Positions 1-9,274 of a DNA stretch of 64,000 nucleotides are shown here, piece after piece. The stretch is from assembly GCA_963777315.1 (NCBI GenBank), contig CAVZQC010000004.1, positions 672,001 through 736,000 of the forward strand, in the 5' to 3' direction. Made by a program: the position numbers and the translations under genes. The stretch is from Vulcanimicrobiota bacterium (GTDB lineage Bacteria; Vulcanimicrobiota; Vulcanimicrobiia; Vulcanimicrobiales; Vulcanimicrobiaceae). The number at the start of each line of letters is the position of its first letter. The first letter of the stretch is position 1. Below the pieces are notes generated by a model. That model did no database searches. It saw only the letters and a list, made by a program, of their open reading frames with translations, and was not told the origin of the DNA.

Positions 1-1008
1 CGATATCTCGTAGCGGTATCCGACGTTTCGATGGTCGTCGTCGAACTCTTCGTGACGCACCTGCAACCCCATGTCGCGCATGCGGGCGGCTAGAACGCGA
101 GCGCCGACGTCGAGCGCATATTCGTCGCGTCTTCCGCAATCCAGATAACGCAACCGCAGGCGCGCCAGTTCCGCGCGCTTGCTCAGGCACATCTGCGCCG
201 GGTCGAACTCCAGCCAGCGCGCGAACACCTCCTCGCGCAGCGCGCCGGTCTCGCGGTCGAACGGCAGGTCGAGCTCGAAAGCCGCACGGCCCGCAGGCGA
301 ATAAGCCGCCGTGTATGCGAGCATCTCCATCGTCGTGTATTCGGAGGGTGAACGCTTGGGTTTGCCCTCGAATGCTTGGACGAAAGCCGCGATGTCGAAA
401 TCGTACTTTTCGAGCGTGCGATGGACCTCGGCAAAGCTGTGCGGGTGCGCGTACGGAAAATACGAGTCGCCGCTGTGCGAGGCAAACGCTGCAAAGATGC
501 CCGGGTACTGCATGCTCAAATACAGCGAACCAAAGCCCCCGGATGACTTTCCAAGCACTGCCCGGCCGCCTTCATCCGCGATGGTACGATACGCCGAATC
601 GACGTAGCCAACGACGTCCCGAACGGTATACGTGGCGTAGTCGCCGTTATGGATCGAATTGACGTACTGCGATCCGCCAAGGCGAGTAAAACCATCGACG
701 ACGATCAGCAGCGACGGCTGCATCCGTTCCTGGACGATGAGGCGATCGATCCATTGAACGACGTTCGTTTCCCACGGCCGCGCCGCTACCAGCGCGGCAG
801 CATCGCCCGTATATCCGTGAAGGCAGTAGAGCGCCGGATAGCGGGCCGAACCTTGAGGATCGTACTGCGGCGGAGTGTAGACGACGATCGGACGCTGCGC
901 CGGATCGCCCAGCGCATTGTCTTCCAGCGCCGGGCTAGTGATGAAATCGACGTGCACGTCTCCCTGCAATCGAAGCAGGCGCGCAAGGGGCGAATTCGCA
1001 GAATGCAT
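1..1008 (-). CDS. Alpha/beta-hydrolase, putative esterase (Fes-like); runs off the window edge
   Basis: Not in the ORF track (no stop in window). Manual translation from ATG 1008 gives MHSANSPLARLLRLQG...VYTPPQY...LYCLHGY...AVLGKSSGGFGS (GxSxGG nucleophile elbow)...YLDCGRRDEY...EEFDDDH. Confidence 0.85.
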   Translation of the reverse strand, partial: MHSANSPLARLLRLQGDVHVDFITSPALEDNALGDPAQRPIVVYTPPQYDPQGSARYPALYCLHGYTGDAAALVAARPWETNVVQWIDRLIVQERMQPSLLIVVDGFTRLGGSQYVNSIHNGDYATYTVRDVVGYVDSAYRTIADEGGRAVLGKSSGGFGSLYLSMQYPGIFAAFASHSGDSYFPYAHPHSFAEVHRTLEKYDFDIAAFVQAFEGKPKRSPSEYTTMEMLAYTAAYSPAGRAAFELDLPFDRETGALREEVFARWLEFDPAQMCLSKRAELARLRLRYLDCGRRDEYALDVGARVLAARMRDMGLQVRHEEFDDDHRNVGYRYEIS

Positions 1009-1062
1009 ACGGCGCCGTTCGCTGCCAGGGTCGCCCGTTACTACACCGAAACCACCGCGCGT

Positions 1063-3540
1063 ATGCGCACGGTCAAAGCCGCCATGGTTTTGCCGCTGAG
1101 CGCCGCCATAGCGATCGCGCTCTGCGCGTTTGCGCCGGCGAACGCGCACGCAGCGCAGTCGCCCGGCTTCTTGTACGGCGCCGCGTTTTTTTACGAACGT
1201 GTTCCGCGCTCGCAGTGGGCCGCGGCGCTGGCTCGATACCGCAGCATGGGCATCAACACGATCGACGTGTACGTGATGTGGAATTGGCACGAGCCCACAC
1301 CGGGCCGGTTCGACTTTACCGGCCGCACCAATTCGCGGCGCGATCTCGTCGGGTTGTTCAAACTGCTGCACGCCGACGGCATGCGCGTCGTGCTGCGCCC
1401 AGGGCCCGTCATTCGCAACGAATGGCGCAACGCAGGCTATCCGGCCTGGCTGCTGGAGCGCCCTGCGTATCGCATGCCCCTGCGCGACGTGCTCGAAGGG
1501 CGGTATCCCGCCGCTGCAACGTTACAAAACGAACATTCCGACGCCGCCGCCGCCGAATGGATGCGCAACCGCGTGCACATGCGCTATGCCACCCTGTGGC
1601 TGCAGACGGTTCTGCGCATCCTGACTCCATGGAGAGGCGACATCTTTGCCGTCGCCCTGGATGACGACCAGGGTGCGTACCTGGACAACGACACCTGGCC
1701 TGCGCCGCATTTTCACAAATACATTTCCTACTTGAAGTCGGTCGTGCACGGCGTCATGGGCAAGGCGATGCCCGTCTTCATCAACACGTACGAGATGAAA
1801 GTGACGGCATCCGCACCGGTCTGGGCGTGGGGTGACTGGTATCAGAGCGACGCATACAGCATCGGCGAGCACGACCGCGCGCAGTTGGAATTTTCAACGG
1901 GCCTGCTTGCGACGCAACCAGGGCGCCCAGTGATGATCGGCGAGTTTCAGGCCGGCTGGCTGCAGGGCGCGGATCAAGCCGCACCACGTGCCGCCGATCC
2001 GTCCAATACGACGCTCGCGCTGCATACGCTGCTGCAGCTGGGCGTACACGGCATCGTCGATTTTCCGCTGCAGGACACGCTCTCTCCGGCCGGCTGGGAA
2101 GCGCCCTGGACCAATGCGTTTTACTCTTGGGACGCCGCGCTCTCGGTGCAGTTGAGTCCGCAGGCGCGCTATGCGCCGACGCAGCGTTTCGGCGATCTCG
2201 TCGCGCGCTACGGCCGTTTCTTGGCGCGGACGCACCCTGCCGCGGATGCGGCACTGGCGTATCTGACCAGCGCGTACGATGCATCGAAGCTGCACAATGC
2301 GGACGTCGCGCGGATCGCACAAGCGACGATGGCCGCGCAACGCGGCTGCCGCGTAATGCACGTTACCTGCGCGATGGTCGATCTGCGGTACGCCGGCATG
2401 CGCGATCTTCAGCGGTACGACGTCCTCATCGCGCCGCCCAACGGCGTCAGATTGCCGTACATCAGCTCGGTGACGCGCAAGCTCGCGCGGTTCCGGGCCG
2501 CGGGCGGCCGCATTGTTCCGAGCGCGCGCGCAGCCCGCATCGAGTCGCCGGCGGCCGGCGGCATTCCGGACGCGGCGCTGCTCGTGGCCGACGACCGCCG
2601 ATACGCGTTCCTCGACGTAGTGAATTACGGATGGTCCGTCCTGCACACGCGCCCCGCTCGCGTGCACGGCGGCCGCTTTTCCGGCTTTGCTCCGGAGCTT
2701 TCCATTCCGCCGCGCGACGCGCTCCTGCTTCCGCTTGGCATTGACGCGACAAAACCGCCGCAACGACCCGCCGTTCGCGGGCTCGCCCACGGATTTGCGG
2801 TGCCGCTTCGCTCGGGCAGCTACGTGCGCTCGACGCTGCGCAGCAGAAACGGCGTATACTCGTTGGACGTTTACCAAGACGGCTATCCGGCCGTGATATT
2901 TGAGAATGCAGGGCTTCGACTCATCGTTTCACCCTGTGCCGGCGCGCGTTCGTTCGTTTTTGAAGACAAAAGGACCGGCGAAAACCTGTTCACGACGGTC
3001 GGCGGGCTGCGCGATGCGTGGACGCCGCAGCTCCCGCCGTCGCCGCGAGATTACATCGCAGCGTACACGCATCCCATTGCCGCCGGCACGTTCAACCGGT
3101 GTTACGCGACACGCATCCGAGCAGCAGGCGCCGATTTCGCGTATACCGCGCCGGACGCTCCACCGCACGGCGCATCGTATCACAAGCATATCGCGTTGAG
3201 CGCATCCGGCTCGTTCTTCGTAACGACCCTTGCAAGCTTCAATGGCGCCGGCAAAGAGCGCGCGCAGCAGCTCACCTCTTTTGCGCTCGGGCCGGACGCG
3301 CGGATATACGAATCGATCAACGGTCTGGCGATTTACGAACCATCGCGCGAACGCGCAACGCTCGCCGCATGGGCGCCGGCGGGCGTGCAAGCCCACTCGC
3401 TGGCGCGGCACGCGCAAGACGCGCTGCTGACTTTGACGTTCGCGCGGGGGCATGCGTGCGAAACCGCGTACGGCTTGGCACGCGTACGGTCGCCGCAGCA
3501 AGCGCAGGCGGCACTGCGCAAATTCGCGAAACGGCCGTAG
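1063..3540 (+). CDS. Secreted GH35-family glycosidase (beta-galactosidase / exo-beta-glucosaminidase-like)
   Basis: GINTIDVYVMWNWHEP..G.FDF, LRPGP.I.NEW..AGYPAWL and EFQAGW motifs; signal peptide ending AHA-A. ORF-track start 649 overlaps the esterase, so start moved to ATG 1063. Confidence 0.85.
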   Translation: MRTVKAAMVLPLSAAIAIALCAFAPANAHAAQSPGFLYGAAFFYERVPRSQWAAALARYRSMGINTIDVYVMWNWHEPTPGRFDFTGRTNSRRDLVGLFKLLHADGMRVVLRPGPVIRNEWRNAGYPAWLLERPAYRMPLRDVLEGRYPAAATLQNEHSDAAAAEWMRNRVHMRYATLWLQTVLRILTPWRGDIFAVALDDDQGAYLDNDTWPAPHFHKYISYLKSVVHGVMGKAMPVFINTYEMKVTASAPVWAWGDWYQSDAYSIGEHDRAQLEFSTGLLATQPGRPVMIGEFQAGWLQGADQAAPRAADPSNTTLALHTLLQLGVHGIVDFPLQDTLSPAGWEAPWTNAFYSWDAALSVQLSPQARYAPTQRFGDLVARYGRFLARTHPAADAALAYLTSAYDASKLHNADVARIAQATMAAQRGCRVMHVTCAMVDLRYAGMRDLQRYDVLIAPPNGVRLPYISSVTRKLARFRAAGGRIVPSARAARIESPAAGGIPDAALLVADDRRYAFLDVVNYGWSVLHTRPARVHGGRFSGFAPELSIPPRDALLLPLGIDATKPPQRPAVRGLAHGFAVPLRSGSYVRSTLRSRNGVYSLDVYQDGYPAVIFENAGLRLIVSPCAGARSFVFEDKRTGENLFTTVGGLRDAWTPQLPPSPRDYIAAYTHPIAAGTFNRCYATRIRAAGADFAYTAPDAPPHGASYHKHIALSASGSFFVTTLASFNGAGKERAQQLTSFALGPDARIYESINGLAIYEPSRERATLAAWAPAGVQAHSLARHAQDALLTLTFARGHACETAYGLARVRSPQQAQAALRKFAKRP

Positions 3541-3546
3541 TCCTGT

Positions 3547-3627
3547 GGGGAAGTGGCGGAATGGCAGACGCAGCCGCCTCAAAAGCGGCCGGGTAACACC
3601 GTGCGGGTTCGAGTCCCGCTTTCCCCA
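3547..3627 (+). tRNA. tRNA-Leu(CAA), no encoded CCA
   Basis: GGGGAAG/TTTCCCC acceptor stem, GCCGC-CT-CAA-AA-GCGGC anticodon arm, long variable arm, GGTTCGAGTCC T-arm. Confidence 0.95.
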
Positions 3628-3660
3628 GGAACCGGCTCACCATCATCCACGCCGAGCAGA

Positions 3661-4929
3661 TTGTTGATACAACCGGGACCGCTGCGCGGTATCATCCGCG
3701 TACCGGGCGACAAATCGATTTCGCATCGCGCGCTTATTGTGTCGGCCGCGAGTCGCCATCCGATAACGGTCACTAACGTGAATCCCGGCCGCGACGTGCT
3801 TGCGACCATGAATGCCTTGCGTGCCGTCGGAGCTCGCGTTGAACGCGCTCAGCCTGAGGGCGCCGTAACGGTTTGCGCGGGCGAGCTGCACGACCCGTAC
3901 ACGGCGATCGACTGCATGAACTCCGGCTCGACGGCCCGCATGATGATGGGCGTATTGAGCGGAGCGAACCTGCACGGCGAATTGATCGGCGACGAATCGC
4001 TGCGAGCGCGGCCGATGGAGCCGGTGAGCGCTCAACTTCGCGCATTCGGCGCCCGAATCCAAACCGCTGACGGCACGCTGCCGGCGACCGTTCGAGGAAC
4101 GGATAAGCCGCAGACTCGCAGGTTCATTCTGCTTGCGCCCTCGGCGCAAATCAAAACGGCGCTCCTCTTGGCCGGCCTATTCGCCGGCGTGGCCGTCGCG
4201 ACGTTCGGCGACAAAGGATCGCGCGACCATACCGAACGGCTTTTGCGCTGGCTGGACGCAGACATCGACTTCGACCGTTCCACAGTCGAAATGCGTTCGG
4301 GTCCGCGCCATTATCGCGACGTCGAAGTCGTCGGAGACTTTTCTGCAGCCGCTTTTTTTATTGCTGCCGCTACCGTCGCGCCGGGAAGCTCGATTAGGAT
4401 CCTCTCGGTAGGAGTAAACCAATCGCGTACCGGCTTGCTGGAAGCGCTGCAGCACATGGGTGCCCGCATCCGCTTGGAGAACCGGCACGAGATCTGCGGC
4501 GAGCCCGTGGCCGACATCGCCGTCGACTCCGCGGAATTGCGCGGTATCGCCGTCGGCGCCGACATCGCTTTGCGCGCCGTCGACGAAATCATGGTGCTGG
4601 CCGTCGCGGCCGCGTTCGCCCGGGGCGCAACGCGCATCACCGGCATCGCGGACTTGCGAAACAAGGAAACCGATCGTATCGCCGCCGTCGAAAGGCTGTT
4701 GGCGCCGGCAGGCATACGCGTCGAAACTTTGCCCAACGGGATCGCGGTTCACGGCGGCGCTCCGCGCTGCACGGGTGCGACAGCGGTGACCGAAGGCGAC
4801 CACCGAACCGCAATGGCGGCGGCGGCTTTGGCCGCCGGCGCCGGACCCGTGGTAATCGATGACGAATCTGCCATCGAAGTGAGTTTTCCGTTTTTTCTCC
4901 AGACCTTGCAGCGGTCCCAACAGCGGTGA
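3661..4929 (+). CDS. aroA: 3-phosphoshikimate 1-carboxyvinyltransferase (EPSP synthase)
   Basis: PGDKSISHRAL, NSGSTAR, SAQIKTA, SRDHTER, LRNKETDRI, GDHR motifs; start placed at TTG 3661 downstream of the tRNA. Confidence 0.93.
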   Translation: MLIQPGPLRGIIRVPGDKSISHRALIVSAASRHPITVTNVNPGRDVLATMNALRAVGARVERAQPEGAVTVCAGELHDPYTAIDCMNSGSTARMMMGVLSGANLHGELIGDESLRARPMEPVSAQLRAFGARIQTADGTLPATVRGTDKPQTRRFILLAPSAQIKTALLLAGLFAGVAVATFGDKGSRDHTERLLRWLDADIDFDRSTVEMRSGPRHYRDVEVVGDFSAAAFFIAAATVAPGSSIRILSVGVNQSRTGLLEALQHMGARIRLENRHEICGEPVADIAVDSAELRGIAVGADIALRAVDEIMVLAVAAAFARGATRITGIADLRNKETDRIAAVERLLAPAGIRVETLPNGIAVHGGAPRCTGATAVTEGDHRTAMAAAALAAGAGPVVIDDESAIEVSFPFFLQTLQRSQQR

Positions 4930-5984
4930 CCCAGCAAGCTCGGTACTCCGCGAACGAATTCGAGCGCGAATCGCGCTACATCGACAATCTCATTTGGGAC
5001 GCGCTGACGATCGAACGCGGCCAGCGCTTGCTGTTTTGTGGTTACGGCGAAGACGCCAAATGGCCAAAGCGCGCCATCGAAGCCGGCGCCGACGTAACCG
5101 TTATCGAACACCGCGAACAGGTCATTCGCGAATTCGAAAATATCGGCGCGCAGTCGTTGCGCGGAAGCACGTCGGTCATACCCGCAAAGGCCGATGCGTT
5201 CGATGTGGGGATCTCGTTTCATTATCTGCACGAAACCGATCCTTTTTTCCACGCGCAAATCGTTTCGGAGCTCGCTAGAGTATCCAAACGCGTCGCGATC
5301 GTCGAGCCTGGACCGCCTGCCGACGCGCTCGGAAAGAAAATCGTTCGCCTGTATTCGCAGGCAAAACGCGAGCTCGGCCAGTTCGAGTATTATCAGCCGC
5401 TCGAGTATTGGCGAAAACTGCTGCAATCGGTCAAGGCCGACGTTTCGCAACACGTGTTCGCGTTTGCAAAAATGCCGCCGCGCGAATATTTGCGCGACAC
5501 GATCGAACTGCTGCTCGACACGATGGCGGTCGAGGGCGCGCCGGGGCCGGATTTGGAGGAGCTGCGGGCCATAGCACGCCGTTCGGACGCTATGATGTTG
5601 CCGCCGCCGCGCTTTGTGATCGCGGGCGCAGCTGCCGGCGATCTTCCTGCGCCCATCTTCACTCCCCGCGAGGAACCTACGCCCACGCCGGCCATCGCCA
5701 AGGCTGCCCAGAGCCGGGAGCCGGTTCCGGAGTTCCCGCCGTCGATGCCGCGTCCCGCAGAGTCGCCCCGCACACCGGGCCTGCCCCAGCCGATGCCGCC
5801 CCCACCTGCTTGGGCGCCGCCGCCCGCCGGCATGCCGTTTGGTGCACCGTTCGCCGTCCCCGCAGACGCGCCGCCGAATTCTCCGGGCTTCGGCATCCCG
5901 CCGGTGCCTGGAGGACCGATGCCGCCGGGCGCGCCGCCTGGCTGGCAGTGGGAGCCGCCTGAGAACGAGGAATCCTCGAGCTAG
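4926..5984 (+). CDS. Class I SAM-methyltransferase-like protein with Pro-rich C-terminal tail
   Basis: Degenerate motif I (LLFCGYGED), VTVIE, 'IPAKADAFDV...HYLHE...ELARV'; GTG overlaps the aroA stop. Confidence 0.65.
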   Translation: MTQQARYSANEFERESRYIDNLIWDALTIERGQRLLFCGYGEDAKWPKRAIEAGADVTVIEHREQVIREFENIGAQSLRGSTSVIPAKADAFDVGISFHYLHETDPFFHAQIVSELARVSKRVAIVEPGPPADALGKKIVRLYSQAKRELGQFEYYQPLEYWRKLLQSVKADVSQHVFAFAKMPPREYLRDTIELLLDTMAVEGAPGPDLEELRAIARRSDAMMLPPPRFVIAGAAAGDLPAPIFTPREEPTPTPAIAKAAQSREPVPEFPPSMPRPAESPRTPGLPQPMPPPPAWAPPPAGMPFGAPFAVPADAPPNSPGFGIPPVPGGPMPPGAPPGWQWEPPENEESSS

Positions 5985-6316
5985 CGCAAGTCCTCGACCA
6001 GCGCGGTGACTTCATCAGCGGCCTGCTCCACCGCGAAGCGGGCTTGGCCCACGCCCGTGGCACCAACGCTGCCCGCAATCGACGAAACGGCCACCTGAGC
6101 GCGTGAGGCAAGCGGTTCGGCCTGCTTGGCCAGCCGCGAGAAGCGCTTAGCCTGCATCTGCATGGATTCCAGAGCTAGGAGCATCTCCGAGCTGCGAAGC
6201 CGGCGCAGCCGGCTGCTCAGGCGCAACGCTTGCAGCAGCGTGCGCAGCATCGAAACCACCGCAAGCAGAACGCCTGCAGCGCACAGGGCCACGAGTATCC
6301 ACGTCCAGGGACTCAT
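5981..6316 (-). CDS. Hypothetical protein, N-terminal TM helix plus coiled coil
   Basis: Hydrophobic N-terminus; starts 5 nt after the FmdB-like gene on the same strand. Confidence 0.7.
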   Translation of the reverse strand: MSPWTWILVALCAAGVLLAVVSMLRTLLQALRLSSRLRRLRSSEMLLALESMQMQAKRFSRLAKQAEPLASRAQVAVSSIAGSVGATGVGQARFAVEQAADEVTALVEDLR

Positions 6317-6321
6317 CCGCC

Positions 6322-6642
6322 CTACGCCGCGGATTCGTTGCTAGGCGGCTTCGGCGTCGTTGCCGGCGCGGTAGCGGCAGCCGGTGCGGCAGGCCCTGCG
6401 GGCGATTCGGATGCGGGGCCGGCCGGTTTGGATTCGCCGGTGGGCGCAGCGGCAGCCGATTCTTTCTTGCGCGAATCCGTGACGTAAAAGCCGGAGCCCT
6501 TGAAGATGATTGGCGCCGGACCGATGACCCGCTGCAGCTTGGCGCCGCAAGAATCGCACGGCTGTTCGTACGTTTCATCGAAGCCGTGGCGGACCTCGAT
6601 GACCTTATGGCAACCCGAACAACGGTAGTCGTATAACGGCAT
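6322..6642 (-). CDS. FmdB-family zinc-ribbon protein (CxxC_CxxC) with low-complexity tail
   Basis: MPLYDYRCSGC...CDSCG...IIFKGSGFYVTDSR followed by an Ala/Pro/Ser tail. Confidence 0.92.
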   Translation of the reverse strand: MPLYDYRCSGCHKVIEVRHGFDETYEQPCDSCGAKLQRVIGPAPIIFKGSGFYVTDSRKKESAAAAPTGESKPAGPASESPAGPAAPAAATAPATTPKPPSNESAA

Positions 6643-6652
6643 ATCGAAAGTA

Positions 6653-6682
6653 AGTATAGCGAGCCTTAGCAGTCTTAGTCAA
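6653..6682 (-). promoter_or_regulatory. Sigma70-type promoter of the FmdB-family gene
   Basis: TTGACT (6682-6677), 18-nt spacer, TATACT (6658-6653), 10 nt before the ATG. Confidence 0.75.
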
Positions 6683-6692
6683 TCACTGCTAA
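6666..6692. promoter_or_regulatory. CIRCE element (HrcA operator)
   Basis: TTAGCAGTC-N9-CACTGCTAA versus consensus TTAGCACTC-N9-GAGTGCTAA (8/9 and 7/9), centred on the -35 box. Confidence 0.8.
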
Positions 6693-7207
6693 AAATCGGC
6701 CAAGAGATCGTCTTTCGAGCTGCCGTTGTACTCGGCCAGATGCTTGAAATGGACGGCGGATTCTTCCAGATGCGTAGCCAGCTTTCGGGCAGATCCGACC
6801 GCGTCGTACAGCATCGCCAGTTTACCGCCGTACGCAGGATACTGCAGCCTAAGGTGCAGCTTGCAGCGCTTGGTCTTGCGCTCCAGCCGAAACTCCATTC
6901 GCCGGCGCACCGAATATGCGCCGACGAGCGAAAGCTGATGGTTGCTGATGAAGTGTTCCACTTCAAACAATTGTTCGGATTCGCCGGGGACTGCCGACCG
7001 CACCACAATCTCGCTTCCGGCACGCAACGGGACGTGCGGGTCTTTCAGCTCGGCGCTGCGCAAAAAAGAAAGCCATACGGGCCACTTTTCGACTGCGCAG
7101 AGCAGTGAGAACGCCTTTTCCGCGCCGGCCTCGACATCGGTGCTCGCGCTGAGCGAACGCGTACCGGGCGCGGCGTTCCTATCCGGTGCATCGCGTAACA
7201 TTGCCAT
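6689..7207 (-). CDS. SRPBCC / polyketide-cyclase-like ligand-binding protein
   Basis: 'ASTDVEAGAEKAFSLL..VEKWPVW' resembles the SRPBCC N-terminus; start uncertain (7207 or 7201). Confidence 0.7.
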   Translation of the reverse strand: MAMLRDAPDRNAAPGTRSLSASTDVEAGAEKAFSLLCAVEKWPVWLSFLRSAELKDPHVPLRAGSEIVVRSAVPGESEQLFEVEHFISNHQLSLVGAYSVRRRMEFRLERKTKRCKLHLRLQYPAYGGKLAMLYDAVGSARKLATHLEESAVHFKHLAEYNGSSKDDLLADF

Positions 7208-7296
7208 TCTCGCTGCATTCGGCGGCACTGCATCACGCGCCCTTTTCGCCGAATATGCACAAGAGCCGCGGCTATTATCCACAACGCACTCGCAGC

Positions 7297-8478
7297 TTAT
7301 TCAAAGCCGACTTCACCGCTTGCGACTGCAGTGGCGAACGCGACCAGCGTCTGAACGCCCACCGGCAACGCATCTTCGTCCAAGCGGAACTGCGCGCTGT
7401 GACCGGGGTGCACCGATCCGGCTTTTTCGCTGCGCACACCCAAACGAACGTGAATGCCCGGAACGCGCTGCGCAAAATATGCGAAGTCTTCCGCTCCCAT
7501 CGTCGGCGGCGGACTTACTACCTTCAGTTTGGAGTGCGCGGTCATGTACGCTTTGAAGTTTTGCGCCAGCAGAACGTGGTTGATGACCGGCGGATACCCA
7601 TATTCGATCTCCAACCGAACCTTTACGCCATAGGCTGCCGCGATACCGTCGAGTATCCGGCGCACGCGAGCCTCGAGCCCGTTACGTATTTCCGGATCGT
7701 GCGCGCGCAGCGTGCCGGTCATTTTCACTTCGTCGGCGATGACGTTGTTGCGATAGCCGCCGGCGATCGTGCCGATCGTCACCACGACGCTTTTGAGCGG
7801 ATCCGTTTCGCGCGCGGCAATGTTTTGCAGCGCGAGCACCATAGCCGCGCAGGCCGGAATCGCGTCGGCAGCCGTGTGCGGATATGCTCCGTGCCCGCCG
7901 CGCCCTTCGACGGTAATGCGCAATTCGTCGGCCGACGCATTCACCGGACCCGGCGTTATTCCGATTTGTCCCGGCTCTAGGCGCGGATCGACGTGCAGCA
8001 TGGCAATCGCTTCGACTTTCGGATCGTCCAGCGCACCCTCATCGATCATCGGTTCGGCTCCGCCCGGGCCCTCCTCGGCCGGTTGAAACACCAGGACGAC
8101 GGTGCCGTGCAAGTCCGCTCGTCCGGTTTGAAGCACCCGCGCAGCGCCCAGCAGCATTGCCGTGTGCGCGTCGTGTCCGCACGCGTGCATTTTGCCGGGC
8201 ACTTCGGATGAAAACGGCTCGCCGGATTTTTCGGTGATCGGCAAGGCGTCCATGTCGGCCCGCAACGCCGCCACGCGCCCCGGTTTTCGGCCGCGAATGA
8301 CGCCGACGACTCCGGTCTTGGCCGCTCGCCGGTGCTCGATTCCCAACTCGTCCAACTCGCGCTCGACCAACGCTTGCGTGCGGTTCTCTTCATAACCGAG
8401 CTCGGGATGGCGATGGATATCGCGGCGCAATTCGACCACGCGAGCCCGAACGTCGTCCTGCGGAATGATAACGCTCAT
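7297..8478 (-). CDS. M20D amidohydrolase
   Basis: RRDIHRHPELGYEE, LRADMDALP, MHACGHDAH, FQPAEE, MGAEDF motifs. Confidence 0.93.
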   Translation of the reverse strand: MSVIIPQDDVRARVVELRRDIHRHPELGYEENRTQALVERELDELGIEHRRAAKTGVVGVIRGRKPGRVAALRADMDALPITEKSGEPFSSEVPGKMHACGHDAHTAMLLGAARVLQTGRADLHGTVVLVFQPAEEGPGGAEPMIDEGALDDPKVEAIAMLHVDPRLEPGQIGITPGPVNASADELRITVEGRGGHGAYPHTAADAIPACAAMVLALQNIAARETDPLKSVVVTIGTIAGGYRNNVIADEVKMTGTLRAHDPEIRNGLEARVRRILDGIAAAYGVKVRLEIEYGYPPVINHVLLAQNFKAYMTAHSKLKVVSPPPTMGAEDFAYFAQRVPGIHVRLGVRSEKAGSVHPGHSAQFRLDEDALPVGVQTLVAFATAVASGEVGFE

Positions 8479-8531
8479 GCCGCGCAGTTGGCGCGGCGGT
8501 AAAGCGGGCCCTTCGCGCGAAAGAGAAACCG

Positions 8532-9266
8532 ATGCTTTCCCCGGACGTTGCGCTGGTCGGACTGATCAACCGTACGGCTACCGCCTACGTGCAAAACGCG
8601 CCCGCGTACATTTCGTTTCGCGAGCGCACGCATATCAGCGCGCCAAGCCTGGGCCGCAGCCAGGACATCAATCGGTTCGTGCGGGTCCGGCAGGCGGATG
8701 ATTACGCCGTCATGCAGGACTTACCCCAAGGAGCGCAGCGCGTTGGGCAAGCGTTCCCGATCATACCGTACTTCGATCCGTTCACCCAGTTCAGCTTCTC
8801 TTGGTATGCCAACCTCAAACGGGTCGATATCACGTTAAACCGCGGACAGGTGGGACTTTGGCCGTTTCCGCAGCCCGATCCGTCGGTCAACGCCGTAGTA
8901 CCCTACTTGAGTTTTTGGGCACCCGTTTACATGCAGGACTCCACGCAGTCGCAATTGCACGTGCGCATCACGCCCACGCCGTCGTACGGCCAAGGTTTCT
9001 ACCCGTACGATGTGCAGGAAGATGCGAAAACCGGCCTACCCTCGCACGTCGAGATGCGCACGACCGACGATACCCAAACGATCACCTTCGATTACCGCGT
9101 GCTGCAAGGGCATTGGGTCATCACGCATGGGACCTTTTCGTCGATGGAGCATTTCGGCCCGATGACGTTTGCGGTCATTGCCGACACCTCGTACGAAGAC
9201 ATCACGTTTCCTACTGCCGCGCCCGATCCGCGTTTGGCGGGCACGCCGGCTCCGACGCCGACGTAA
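8532..9266 (+). CDS. Hypothetical protein
   Basis: 244-aa ORF with protein-like composition filling the space between neighbours; no recognised motif. Confidence 0.7.
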   Translation: MLSPDVALVGLINRTATAYVQNAPAYISFRERTHISAPSLGRSQDINRFVRVRQADDYAVMQDLPQGAQRVGQAFPIIPYFDPFTQFSFSWYANLKRVDITLNRGQVGLWPFPQPDPSVNAVVPYLSFWAPVYMQDSTQSQLHVRITPTPSYGQGFYPYDVQEDAKTGLPSHVEMRTTDDTQTITFDYRVLQGHWVITHGTFSSMEHFGPMTFAVIADTSYEDITFPTAAPDPRLAGTPAPTPT

Positions 9267-9274
9267 AATCTGCG

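Noticed and set aside
649..1062. N-terminal extension of the GH35 protein
   Set aside because: Antisense to the esterase gene; the signal peptide begins after 1063.
3553..3660. N-terminal extension of AroA
   Set aside because: It is the tRNA-Leu gene read in frame.
7275..7283. Replication origin
   Set aside because: Only one DnaA box, no AT-rich unwinding element and no dnaA/dnaN nearby.
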